Shown here piece after piece: positions 38,878 through 50,821 of a DNA stretch of 64,000 nt; the stretch's first letter is position 1; each line of letters opens with the position of its first letter. The notes beneath the pieces are model-generated. The model made no database searches and was not told where the DNA came from. It saw nothing but the letters and a program-made list of their open reading frames with translations. The stretch comes from Squalus acanthias (taxonomy: Eukaryota). The stretch is taken from the NCBI GenBank assembly GCA_030390025.1, contig JASTWF010000070.1, forward strand, positions 806,001 through 870,000, in the 5' to 3' direction. The position numbers were made by a program, and so were the translations under genes.

Positions 38878-41800
38878 CTGTGTGTGGGGGTAGAAAAAAT
38901 TAATTAGTTTATGGAATCCGTTAGCAGTGGGACGCTCTGATCTGAAATCAAAGACACCAAAGAATCCCGAACAACATTCACTTTATAATAAATTACTGAT
39001 TAATATAGGAGTTCCAATAAATTCTTAAATCTCTAAATCCTCTGCTCCTCTGCCAATTCTTTTCCCTGCATTACAACAGTGACTTGTTTCAAAAGTATTT
39101 CATTGGCTGTAAAGCGCTTTGGGACGTCGTGAGGTCGTGAAAGGAGCTGTAGAAATACACGTCCTCCTTTCTTTCTTTCTTCCTTCGTTTCTTCCTTTCT
39201 TTCTTTCTTTGAATCTATCTTTCTTTCTTTCTTTCATTCTTTCTTTCTTTCCTTCTTTCTTTCTACCTTGTAAAGTAACAACAGAAAATGCTGGAAATAC
39301 AGACCGGGTCAGTCAGCATGTGAGAGGCGGAAAGATCAGTAACTGACCAGTTCAGGTGCAGGTTACACCCCCGGAACCGTACTAACCTGTCTGTTCCCGT
39401 TACAGACACTGACCGAACGGGCCCTGAATCCCCAGCATTTTCTGTTTTTATTTTATTTCCTTTAATTGCAATTTTTTCCCTTTTTACTTAAATATAATAA
39501 AGCGTTTGATTGTCTTAAAATGCGATCAGTGTTAACTTTAAAGTGGTGAAATCACGGAGCTGTGACCCGCTTTTCACCGAGAGTCCACACATGTTCTTAT
39601 ATCTCAAACTGATGCAGCCCTTTCAAAGAGCCGCCACAGGCAGGATGAACAGAATGGCGTCCTTCTGTGCTGTATCATTCTACAAGAGTCCGGAACTTTT
39701 TTTACGATTCATATTTTTTTAGAATTACGTGTTAGAAACTGATCCGCTTTAAATGTTGCGGCGATGATAATTGAACCGGGTCTGTTACCAGGTATGGAAG
39801 AGCTCACTGAATAAAGAGAGGACATTGTACACTCTGGGAATTAATGTAGTGACTCTGCCTAACAATATTGTAAATGGTTTACATAGAATTACACAGAATT
39901 ACAGCACAGAAAGAGTTCATTCGGACCAACCAGTCCATGCCGGCAATTATGCTCCACTCGAGCCTCCTCCCATCCTTCCTCATCTAACTCTTTCAGCATA
40001 ATCCTCTATTCCCTTCTCCCTCATGCGCTTATCTAGCCTCCCCTTAAATGCATCTATACTATCCGCCTCAACCATTCCCTGTGGTAGCGAGTTCCACAGT
40101 CTCCCCACTCTCTGGGTAAAGAAGTTTCTCCTGTATTCCCTATTTGATTTCTTGGTGACTATCTTATATTGATTGCTCCTAGTTTTGCACTTCCCCACAA
40201 GTGGAAACACTCTCTCTGTGTCTACTCTATCAAAGCGTTTCGTAATTATAAAGACCTCTATTCGGCCACTCCTCAGCCTTCTCTTTTCCCCGGTTTGATG
40301 AAGGGTTTTCACTGTTCGATATTTCTAGTGAAAGGGGGAGCAATGATTTTAAAAGAATCTTGCGACAGAGGCAAGTAAGAATTCCTCTTCTCGCGGGTGA
40401 ACTGATTTCTCTCTCGGGATCAGGTCAGTCTCGCTGTTCCCGGAGCGATCCGTTCAACCCTGGGAGGTAGCGGGACCCGACAGATCAACCCAGGAGAATC
40501 GGCACTATCCCCGGGGGGACACTGGACAGGTAGAGTCAGCAGAAACAGCAGGGGGAGGGGAGAGGGTCAGCAGCGAGAGAATGAGATGGAGAGAAAGTTC
40601 CCTTCGACAAGCTTTACCCAGTCTGACTCACACACACGGGGCTGGTCAGAAATTGTCACTGCGCCGTTCCATGGTAAAGCGGCGGTTCTGCTTTATAAAC
40701 AGTGGGGAGATTGCGAATAATGAGCTCAGACAGATTAAATATCGGAGCACGAATTTCAGAATAAAACCAGTCCCGTCAAACGACTAGCCCCGGTGTTGCT
40801 GGCGACAGGGAGTCGATCCAACCGGTTGCGTGCTGGGACAGCGGGTCTCGGGAGGGTCCTCTCTCTCTCCCAGCCCAGAGCCGGACACCCGACAGCTGCG
40901 GTCAGGGGGACAATCCGCCGCAGGAATAAAACGAGAAGCAACATTGAATGTTGCAAATGACGATAAATGGGTTGGGATTCCCCCTGGTGCTCTCCCACCG
41001 GCTCCGGGCAATCATTTTAAAAATCGGGCGGTGCAGACTCTGGAGAGCAGGAATAATTCTACATACACTAAGAAATAAGTATGGCATAGCTTAGAATCAT
41101 ACAGCACAGAAGGATCCAATTTAGCCCATCGTGCCAGTGGCGGCTGTTTGAAAGAGCTCTCCAATTAGTCCCACTCCCCTGCTCTTTCCCCACAGCCCTG
41201 CAATTTTCTCCCTTCAATTCTCAGTGTAACACAGTGACATATTCAGTGTCCACTGTCAGAACGTCACAGTGCAGCTCACAACTTTCCTCTCTCTCTCCCT
41301 CTGTCTCTTGCCGCACCCGAATGATACCGGCGCTTAGAGGGTTAAGGACGGGTTGCATAAACTTGACTTGTATTCCCTTGAGTTTAGAAGATTCAGGATT
41401 GATCTGATCGAGGTGCTTAAAATGTGAAAAAGTATTCGATCGCGTGGATAGAGAGAAACAATGTCCTCTGGTCGGGGAATCAAGAACAAGGGGAGCTCAA
41501 TTAAAATTAGAGCCCGGCTATTTAGGAGGGAAACGCTTTCTCACACGGGCTCCAGTGGCTGAATGGCCTCCTCCTGTTCCGATGTCACTATTTTATCAAT
41601 CACTGCTCCTCTGAGGGCGTTCAACCCATCCTGCCTGTGCCGGCTCTTTGAAAGAGCTCTCCAATTATTCCCACTCCCCTGCTCTTTCTCTAAAGCCCTG
41701 CATTTACCCTTTTCAAGTATTTGTCCAATTCCCTTTTGAAAGTTACTATTCAATCTGCTTCCACCGCCCTTTCAGGCAGCGCATTCCAGATCACAACAAC

Positions 41801-42491
41801 TCGCTGCATAAAAAAATCACCTCCCGTCACCTCTGGTTCTTTTACCAATTATCTTAAATCTGTGTCATCTGCTTACCGACCCTCCTGACACTGGATTCAG
41901 TTTCTTCATATTTACTCTATCAAAATCCTTAATTAATTTTTACACCTCTATTAAATCTCTCTTTAACATTCTCAGCTCTAAGGAGAACAATCCCAGCTTC
42001 TCCAATCTCTCCACATCACTGAAGTCCCTCATTCCTGAAACCATTCTAGTAAATCTCCCTGTGCACCCTCTCCAAGGACTTAACATCCTTCCTCAAGTGT
42101 TTTGTCAAAACCTATATCCTGTTTACATTAATTCATAACTTGAAAGTATTTATCCAATTCCCTTTTGAAAGTTACTATTGAATCTGCTCCCACCGCCCTT
42201 TCAGGCAGCGCGTTACAGATCACAATAACTCGCAGCTTAAAAAGAACACTTCTCCTCATCTCCCCGATTGAATGGGAGCAGGAAATGGTGACAAATGTAA
42301 TTTCAGCGCAATATTATTCCCCGAGGTGCTTTAACAATATCAATTCTGAGCAGTTTAACAGTTTTGGGGCATAAATAGATCCAACATCAAAATTCACTGA
42401 ATCGAGATTTCTCTCGCGCCCGGGAAGGAAAGCGACTGTAAATTAATAATAATTGAAACAATGTGAATAATGGAATGAGAGAGTCACTTAC

Positions 42492-42845
42492 TCTTTATAC
42501 TCAGGGCGGTCCCCGGTCCGAAGATGTATACCGAGTCCCACATAGCACAGTAATAGACAGCGGAGTCACCGGGCACCAGGGTTCCGATGGTCAGAATGTA
42601 ACTGTTACCGGAGGCGTCTCTGGAAGTTTGAAAACGGTCTGTGAAGCCGGTACCTCGGAATATATCATGATCTGTTTCATGCTCTAGCACGAACACCGGA
42701 GCTTCCCCGGGTCGCTGTCGGTACCAGTTCACATCCTTGCTGCCCACAGCCCCGTTCTCCATCGCACACTGTAACCGGTCGGTCTGACCCGCGGAGACAG
42801 CATCGGATATTGGGGACTGATTGAGGACGGGAGCCACCAGGGCAC
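42492..42845 (-). CDS. IGLV: Germline-joined IgL VJ exon (type I / NS5 / sigma-cart-like)
   Basis: APVLNQSPISDAVSAGQ..LQCAMENG..WYRQRPGEAP..GTGFTDRF..DSAVYYCAMWDSVYIFGPGTALSIK; in frame; no RSS between V and J; aag / gtaagt. Confidence 0.93.
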
Positions 42846-42997
42846 CTTCAATAAAAGAAAAAAATCAACTCATTCAGAGACTTGGAGCAAATAGGATGTT
42901 AATGCTTCAATAAACACGGAGAGAAAACCGCCAGATTCTCGGTACTGAACCGATTTAGTTGCGGATAAACCCGTGACTAAAACCATCCGTCTCTCAC

Positions 42998-43046
42998 CTG
43001 TCAAATGGATCAGCAGAACCCACAGGAGATGCATCGCTGGAGCCAT
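42998..43046 (-). CDS. IgL leader exon (MAPAMHLLWVLLIHLT)
   Basis: ATG, hydrophobic core, phase-1 g/gtgag donor. Confidence 0.9.
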
Positions 43047-43163
43047 TTCCTCCGGAGAAGCGCCAAAAGCCACCGCTCAAATTTCCGTCTGAGCCGTGCG
43101 CCGGTCCTGTAAACTCCGGGACCCGGTCCGGTTACAGTGTCTGCAAACCCAAGACTCCGGGTC

Positions 43164-43186
43164 TATTTATTGCCCGGTATGCAAAT
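43164..43186 (-). promoter_or_regulatory. IgL promoter: octamer ATTTGCAT (43179-43186) and TATA-like AATAAATA
   Basis: Perfect octamer in light-chain orientation ~135 bp upstream of the ATG. Confidence 0.85.
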
Positions 43187-46100
43187 GGTTGGGAGGGGCC
43201 AGGTAAAGGAAGGAGGCAGATTTTTAATTCGGGATATTTATTTAAATTTATTTGTGCCTGATTAAATTATTAAAATCTTAATTCTTCGATTTACAAATGT
43301 TTAATCTCCAATTGGAGTTTCTGTTAAAGGATGATTCCAAGATTTCGAAGATTTTTGCATTTAATGAATATTTAGTCAGTGTTCTACCCCAGACAAATGA
43401 GGGGCGGTTTGTCGAGATACGGATCAGCTGATGCACTTCGTCCGGAATCGTTCTGATAACGCGCTGTTACTCTCCGATATACTGCATCAGATTTTAAAAT
43501 AATCTTTTCTCCTAAAATAAATATTTCATAATAGACTGACGTCCCTTTCTCTAAATCAGCAGCAAGACAACCCTGAATTTGTCAATCCTTTTAAAATTGC
43601 GGTCTCAATTGACAAATATGCTTTGGGCTTCAGTCTGAAAATACATCTCTGATGAGAATATTCCTCAGACGGAGTAAAGATCTAATTAGATGAATGAGAA
43701 AGAGAGGAAGAAAGCGGCATTTTACACCCTGCCCCGGATTAAAGAGAAGTTGTTCTGTTATAGTCTGAGTCGCCCCCTTCAAAACTCACGCGAGCAAATA
43801 AAACTCGGCATAATATTAATAAAATGACACCTTGCCTTTAATTTACTGCGAGTCCCATTAATACGCGCAGTTCCCATTTTAAACCCTGTTCCAGTTGAAT
43901 TATTAAGCGGCGGGCTCAGTTGTTTCTGGGGCTCTGTGATGTTGAACACTTCCCCTGTTTGGAGTCAATCCCTAACTCCCCACACTGAGTCCTGGCTCAT
44001 ATTTCTAAAAGTCAGATTGAAACTGGTTAGTGTCAGTTACTTGAGGGCGAAAGAAAAATGTAGCAATTTGTTAATAAATGGGTTTGCTCCAGATATTAAT
44101 GTCAAAGGAATAATATTTTCTGTTTAATAAATAACTGAATTGTGTAACTGTGAAGTTAGGTATTCCCCTGCTCCTTAGTAAAAAACACAGAGCGGCTAAT
44201 ATTTATCCCTCAATCAATATCACTAAAACAGATGATTTGGTCATTATCACATTGTTGTTTGTGGGAGCTTGCTCTGCGCAAATTGGCTACCGCAATTGCA
44301 ACATTTCAACAGTGACTACACTTCAAAAAGTAATTAATTGGCTGTGAAGCGCGTTAGGATGTCCAGTGGTCGTTAAATGGGCTATATAAATGCAAATTAT
44401 TGTTGTTGTTGCTGTTGGAGGCTTTGCGGGGCTTCAGACAAGACTCACAGCAAACAGTGTATCTTACAGCAAACAAACTCTGTTTACTCAGCAAAATGAT
44501 TATATTTAAACAGCGCATTTCACCAAACAGTCAACAGAGTCTATTTAAAAAGAGTCGCTTAGAACTACAGCAAACAGAACTCATGATCGAATCCACATCA
44601 ACCTCTTCCGGTACAAGCTGGGTGATTTCTCCCGCAAAATGCAGTGATAGTGACACAATACAAATTATGTGAGTAAAAAAGGTTACTGTTACATATTTAG
44701 GTGTTACCCAGAGGGGCTATTTCTTTTTATACACTATTTATCATACTACCCAGTGCCATAATTCAGCTGAATACATCGCATCTACTCACATAGAAGTAAA
44801 TCGTGCAGGAGAAATGTAGCAATGGGGAAGTGGACATGTACTAAATCATCACAACCGGAGATTAATATGGAAAGAAGGAAACGTGAAGAATTATTAATTA
44901 TAACGAGTAAAGTGCGGCTTTCTGGAAACATGTTGACAGTGTTTATAGCTCCATTTCAGTTAGTAAAGTGGGGGCAGGAACAGAGAGACCTGGGGTTCAG
45001 GGACACAAATCTTTGAAGGTCGCAGGACTCGTTGCGAAAACATTTAAAATAGAGGCATAGGTAACAAAAGCAAGGACGTTATGCTAAACCTTAATAAACA
45101 CTGGTTAGGCCTCAGCTGGAGTATTGAGGCCATTTCTGAGCACCGCACTTTAAGAAGGATGTCAAGGCCTTGCAGAGAGTGCAGAGGAGTTTTACTAGAA
45201 TGGTACCAGGGATGAGGGACTTCACTTATGTGGAGAGACTGGAGAGGCTGGGATTGTTCTCCTTAGAGCAGAGAAGGATAAGGGGAGATTTCGATGCTGG
45301 GTTTCTTGTGCACCGGGAAACCCGGCTCGCAGCCGTTAAACATACGTCAGGCTCCCAACTGCACTGTGGGAACCTGATTTAAATATTATAATGAGGTTTC
45401 CCGCCTGAGAGCTTAAATATGGCTTCAGGAGCTTTTTGCGGTGGGTTGGTGTGGCGTTACCCCATTATTATATTTAACCCCCCACTCACTCGCGCCCATC
45501 TTATTCCCATCCAATCCTCCAATACAGTTCCCAGTTCATCTTGAGTTCAGGAATGAATTGCTAGGTCAATGACGTATTCTAAGAGCACTACATGGCGCTT
45601 CACAGGAGCGCTTAACAAACACAATTTGACACCGATCCACATAAGGAGATATTGGGACAGGTGAGCAAAAACTTGCTCGGAGAGGTGGGTTTTAAGGATG
45701 TCTTAAAGGTGGAGAGAGGCGGAGAGCTTTAGGGAAGGGCTTGCTACAGATTGGGATCCACACATTCTCGCTCCCAACAGCTAAAAGTTGAAATGTTCAG
45801 AAATTTTCGAGGGAATCGAACAGGTAGAGCACTTTAAGTGACAGGAGTGTCAATCCGCCGCATTCACACCTCCGGGTCTGTCCTTTCGCTTTGGAGTCAA
45901 TGCCAGATCTTTGCTTACCTGGGCGGGTCCGGTGAGGGTGGTGGCCATGGCGGGTCGCGAGCCCGCTGCTGGCTCGACCCCGCTGTGGAAAATGAACCCA
46001 CCTTTAATGGAGCCTATTGGAGCCCGCCCAGCGCGTTACTCGGCCCAATGAGATGGACTGGGGCTGGTGACGTCATTCATGACGCGTTTTCAGCCGCATC

Positions 46101-46349
46101 ATTAAATGAACCATGGTTACATTACACTTGAAGTTTAATCTAACATAGTGTTGTCGGTGCACTAAGGCTCGTGCGGGGGAGATGTCAGCGGGATCCTGAA
46201 CCGCTCCCAAAAATAACAACTTTCCCACCCAACCTGGCACCGATCTGGCCCGCTATCATCCCGGAAAATTCCAACGGCGTCTGTACCGAGCTCTAACCGA
46301 CTCCAACCTAAAGTCCAACTGCACTCTTAGTGGGGAATTTTACACGGGT

Positions 46350-48030
46350 TCAGCGGGCGGGATCGTTGGCGGGTTAGGTGGGAAAGTGTGTTTTTTACAG
46401 AGGTCGGGATCCCGCTGTCAACCCTCCACCACGCGCCTTTACCAAATGTCGGGTCTGTCAGCGCTCAACAGACCCGACACGCAGCGGCGGCGGAGGCAAT
46501 TCAGGTCATTATCACCTTGTTAACAGAGGAGTAACAACAATTTTGAGCTCACCTTTAGAATTTACCAGCTCGCCAACGGGGTCCACGCTGCTCGGGCATC
46601 ACTTCTGTTAAGATGGGCGGGAGTTCAATGGCCATGGAATCATCTCATTACTTGTCATCTGGAAATGTGCTATAAAAGCTCCCATCTCACAGCTGTTCAC
46701 TTTCCAAGCACAAAAGTTGTTCCTTACTGTGTTTGGAAGAGAGATTGAGCTTTATGCAGGTTGCAAGTGTTTGGAGAAAACTCTCTATCAAGTGTCACCT
46801 CATTAGAACAACCTCTTTCACCATTGACAGATTCCTTCTCTCATCTCAAGTTCGCCTGCCAACTATTCCATCAGCATGGGTCCGGTTTATACGCTCTCAC
46901 CTTGATCCTCAGAATCTGAGCGCGATCAGCCGCAACACCAGCATCGCCAGTAACACCAGCAGCACGAACAACAACACCAACCTTCTCCGCAATCATATGG
47001 TGCTGCACAGGACAGAGGGCATCAGCACCCGACCACATTGCTGCCCGGGACCCCAGGGATGTCCTCAATTTGGCCAGATTTGCTTGACTTGACGCTCCAC
47101 ACTCATATGGCTGCCACATGATGCGCCAGGTTGGCACCACCCCACACCAATAACATAAAGCATCCCTACATTGTACAAGGCATTCCTTTCTCACTCATCA
47201 GCATTGCGGGAGTGGGGAGTATGATTATATTTCACCATTCACTGCAACTCACTAAGCCACTTTCAAAGGTGCACACCAGTCTGTCGAAGAAAGTAAAGTG
47301 TTGAAAAAAAAGATTTCAATGTCTGACAGCACATTAGCAGATACTTCAAAAGAACATCGGCTGAAACACACAAGTTCCTACCCTTGTGTGTAGTTAGTTG
47401 GTATGACTGGACTAGGATAATCGTGAGTGCGATGGGTGGCTAGTGAGATGTGGAAGAGAGAATGTAGATAGAGAGGGATGGGTGGAGGTGCAAGGTATGT
47501 TGTTGTGTGCAAGGATATGCAGGAGTAGGATAGGAAAGACAGAGTCATGGTGATGTGATGAGTGGCACAGCAGGATGAAGTTGAGGGTGGCTTTGCATTA
47601 ACGTTTCGTGTTCTACTGAGAGCATTGAAAGGTTTGCGCCACTGAAGCCTGGTCCTCTTGACGATATTCCTGCTTGTGTCCTCCTGTGCACTGTGCAACC
47701 AGGCTGCGTTGGTCTCCTGGGGAGGTCTCTTTGGAAGGGAAATTAAGCTCCCTACGTGCTCTCGTGGGAGTCATGGGAGAGCATGGTTGCAGCCGTGCAC
47801 CTCTGTGAAGTGCTTGTCAATGTTTGCAGCACCTCAATGCTGCAGGACACGAACAACACAAATTTCAAGGTATATTTGCGCATGGTCCCTTTAAGAAAAC
47901 CGACGCAGCATCAAATGACGTCATCAGGCCCGCTTTTTTCAATTGGCCGGGAAACTCGATGCGCGGGCTCATTATCTGTGATTTTCCGACCTGGATGATG
48001 TCCCCTTTCAATACTTGATTGAGCAACGGA
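46350..48030. mobile_element. Degenerate PIF/Harbinger DNA transposon remnant
   Basis: Minus-strand Myb/SANT-like peptide ETNAAWLHSAQEDTSRNIVKRTRLQWRKPFNALSR (~47615-47720); boundaries approximate. Confidence 0.5.
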
Positions 48031-50492
48031 ACCAGATTGAGTTTTAGCAATCTCTTTCGCAATCTAATCCCAGAATCATGCGTGGCGCTCTTTAATGAAT
48101 GGCCTGCAATGGATCAATTTCGCTTTTGAAGCTAAGCCGCCAAAGTGATACATCTGCTCTCACCACCGATCGACAGAAGCTTAAGGTTTGGAATTCAAAC
48201 AGCCACGTGATGTGTGGTGTCAGAATAATCCTTATCCGTCACTTTAATATATGATGGTGGACCTAAGAGATAGAGAGATTAAGAATCTTTATTTATCAAT
48301 ACACTTATACAAACTTAGCACCTCCAGTGCTATGAGAATAACCTCAACTGCACTCACAAGCACATCTATTTAATTATGCAAGGTAAGCACGGTGCTCGTA
48401 CGTCAGCACGTTCATAGTACGTGTGGTTATTACGTACGCACGCAGGGTTAATATAGAGCATTAACGGCACAAAAGGAGGCCATTCGGCCCATCGAGTCCG
48501 TGCCGGCTCTCTGTGGAGCAATCCAGTCAGTCCCATTCCCCCCTCTCTATCCCCGTAGCCCTGCAAGTTTATTTCCCTCAAGTGCCTATCCAGTCTCCCA
48601 TTGAAAACAGTGAGTGTGTCCGCTTCCACCACTTCCGTCAGCATTGAGTTCCAGGTCCTCACCACTCGCTGCGTAAAACAGTTTTTCCTCACATTCCCGC
48701 TGAATTTCTTGTCCAAAACCTTAAATCTGTGTCCCATATGTAAGCTCGTTGGTGCTCACGAATGCCATTCGCAGATCCGCCTCCCCCACCACTCTCGCAC
48801 ATGCTCATTGGCGACACTCTCTGCCCAGTGTTCTGTGGACATTTCACATGTATGGTTAACCATATTCAGAATCCTCACTTGCTGATCTAGGAGCACAGGT
48901 ACAGGAGTAGATCCACAGTGGATTACCTCACACTCCCCCACATTGAGCGACATCTGTCATATTTCACTCCACTCACAACCAGTAAATATCCCCTTCCAAA
49001 TTGTTGCTCCGATCTACACAAGTTACTGTGCCTCCTAACTTAACACCACCTGCAAACTGGGATATACAACTCGTTATTCCTTCATCCAACTCATAAATAT
49101 ATACGGTGGAAAGATTGAGGCCCCCGAACAGATCCCTGGGGAACACCACTTGTCACATCCCGCCAATATGAGTACCTACTCATTATCCCGACTCTCTCTC
49201 TCTTACTTCCCATCCAAACTCCAACCCAAATCAAAAGGCTCCACCCAATTCCATGCGGTCTCAACTTGTCCAATGATCTTTAACTTGGAACCTTATTGAA
49301 TGCCTTCTGGGAGTCAATATAGGTCACATCCATAAACACTCCTTTGTCTGTCTGATTAGTCACCTCCTCAAGAAATGCAACTGGATTAGTCAGATATGAT
49401 TTATCTTTAACAAAGCCATTCTGGCCCCCTCTGAACAGCTCATATTTGCTTCAGTGTGCAGTCACTCTATCCTTAATGACAGATTATATTAACTTCCCCA
49501 CAACTGATGTTAAACTGACAGGCCGGTACTTACCTAGTTTATCTCTCCCACCCTTCTTGAACAATGCAGTATCTGGAGCACTGTGTACAGGTTCTGGACA
49601 CACCGTCTCAGAAAGGATATATTGGAAGGAGTTCAGCGCAGATTCACCAGAATGTTACCAGGGATCCAAGGTTTACATTACGATGAGAGATTACAAAACT
49701 AGTCTTTTAATCCCTGGAATATCGAATGTTAAGCGGTGATTTGATTGAGGTTCTTAGGATTTTGAAAGGAATTAATAGGGTAGATGGAGAGACATTACTC
49801 CTCCGTTGGGGATCGTCCAGAACAATGGGGCATAACCTTAAAATTAAGAAATTCAGTAGTGAATTCAGGAGAAACCTTTCATACCCAGAGAGTGCTGAGA
49901 ATGTGGAACTCACTACCATATGCAATAGTTGACTCGAATAGTCGAGAAGTATTTAAGGGGAAGCTCGATAAGTAATTGAGGGACAAAGGATTAGAAAGAT
50001 ATGTTGATGGAGTGAGAAGAAATAGGGTGGGAGGAGGCTCGTGTGGCGCATAAACAGCGCCATCGACCAGTTGGGCTGAATGGCCTGTTTGTGCTGTACA
50101 TTCTATGTAATCCAGTCAATGTCCCTTTAAGTGTTGAGTAAAGACGGACCACTTTCAGCTCGTGGCAGCATTTCATGTTTATTAAGAGCTGTGTTACACA
50201 CGTTCCCAATCACAATATGATCACAGACTAAAGGGAAATCTGTCCACATTCTACACACAGCGAAAGTTTACACACAAGATATTGGGGACAGTTGTACAGA
50301 AAGTTCCATCTCACAAAGCTGGACAATCATTTCAGTCACTTCTGATATTATTAAACATTCGGATTGTTTGCCAAAAACTGAAATTGCTACAGCGATTACA
50401 TTGCAAAAAAGGAGGATTGCACACATCGAATGATTTGTTTCATTACATTAAACACTAGCAAAATTCAATTTTCCACTTCAAATTGCACCGCC

Positions 50493-50821
50493 TCAGTCGG
50501 AACACGAGGAGGCGCTGATGGTCTTGAGTAGAGGCGAGTTCAGGGAGCCGTGGCTGACGCTGCAGGAATAGCTGGAGATCTTGTTCCAAGTGGCGGCGGG
50601 GACTCTCAGGTAACTGCTCAGGCTGTAGGTTTGATCGCTGTCCGGGGACACGGCGCCTGTCGTCACCCCGCTGTCTGTCTCTTGGCCATCCACGCTCCAG
50701 CGGAGCCGCACCAAGCCCGGCTTAAAGCGACTGACCAGGCAGGACAGAGTGGCCGATCCCGAGCCGATTTCTTCCGAGGAGGGACGGAGGAGAAGAACCG
50801 AGGGGCTTCGATCCTCGCTGC
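50493..50821 (-). CDS. IGLC: Second IgL constant exon, intact ORF, orphan (no VJ upstream within the window)
   Basis: SEDRSPSVLLLRPSSEEIGSGSATLSCLVSRFKPGLVRLRW...YSCSVSHGSLNSPLLKTISASSCSD*; flanks match ~37970-39540. Confidence 0.88.

Noticed and set aside
41230-41275. Clustered CACAGTG heptamers in the IgL J-C intron
   Set aside because: No ACAAAAACC-like nonamer at 12- or 23-bp spacing, so not an RSS
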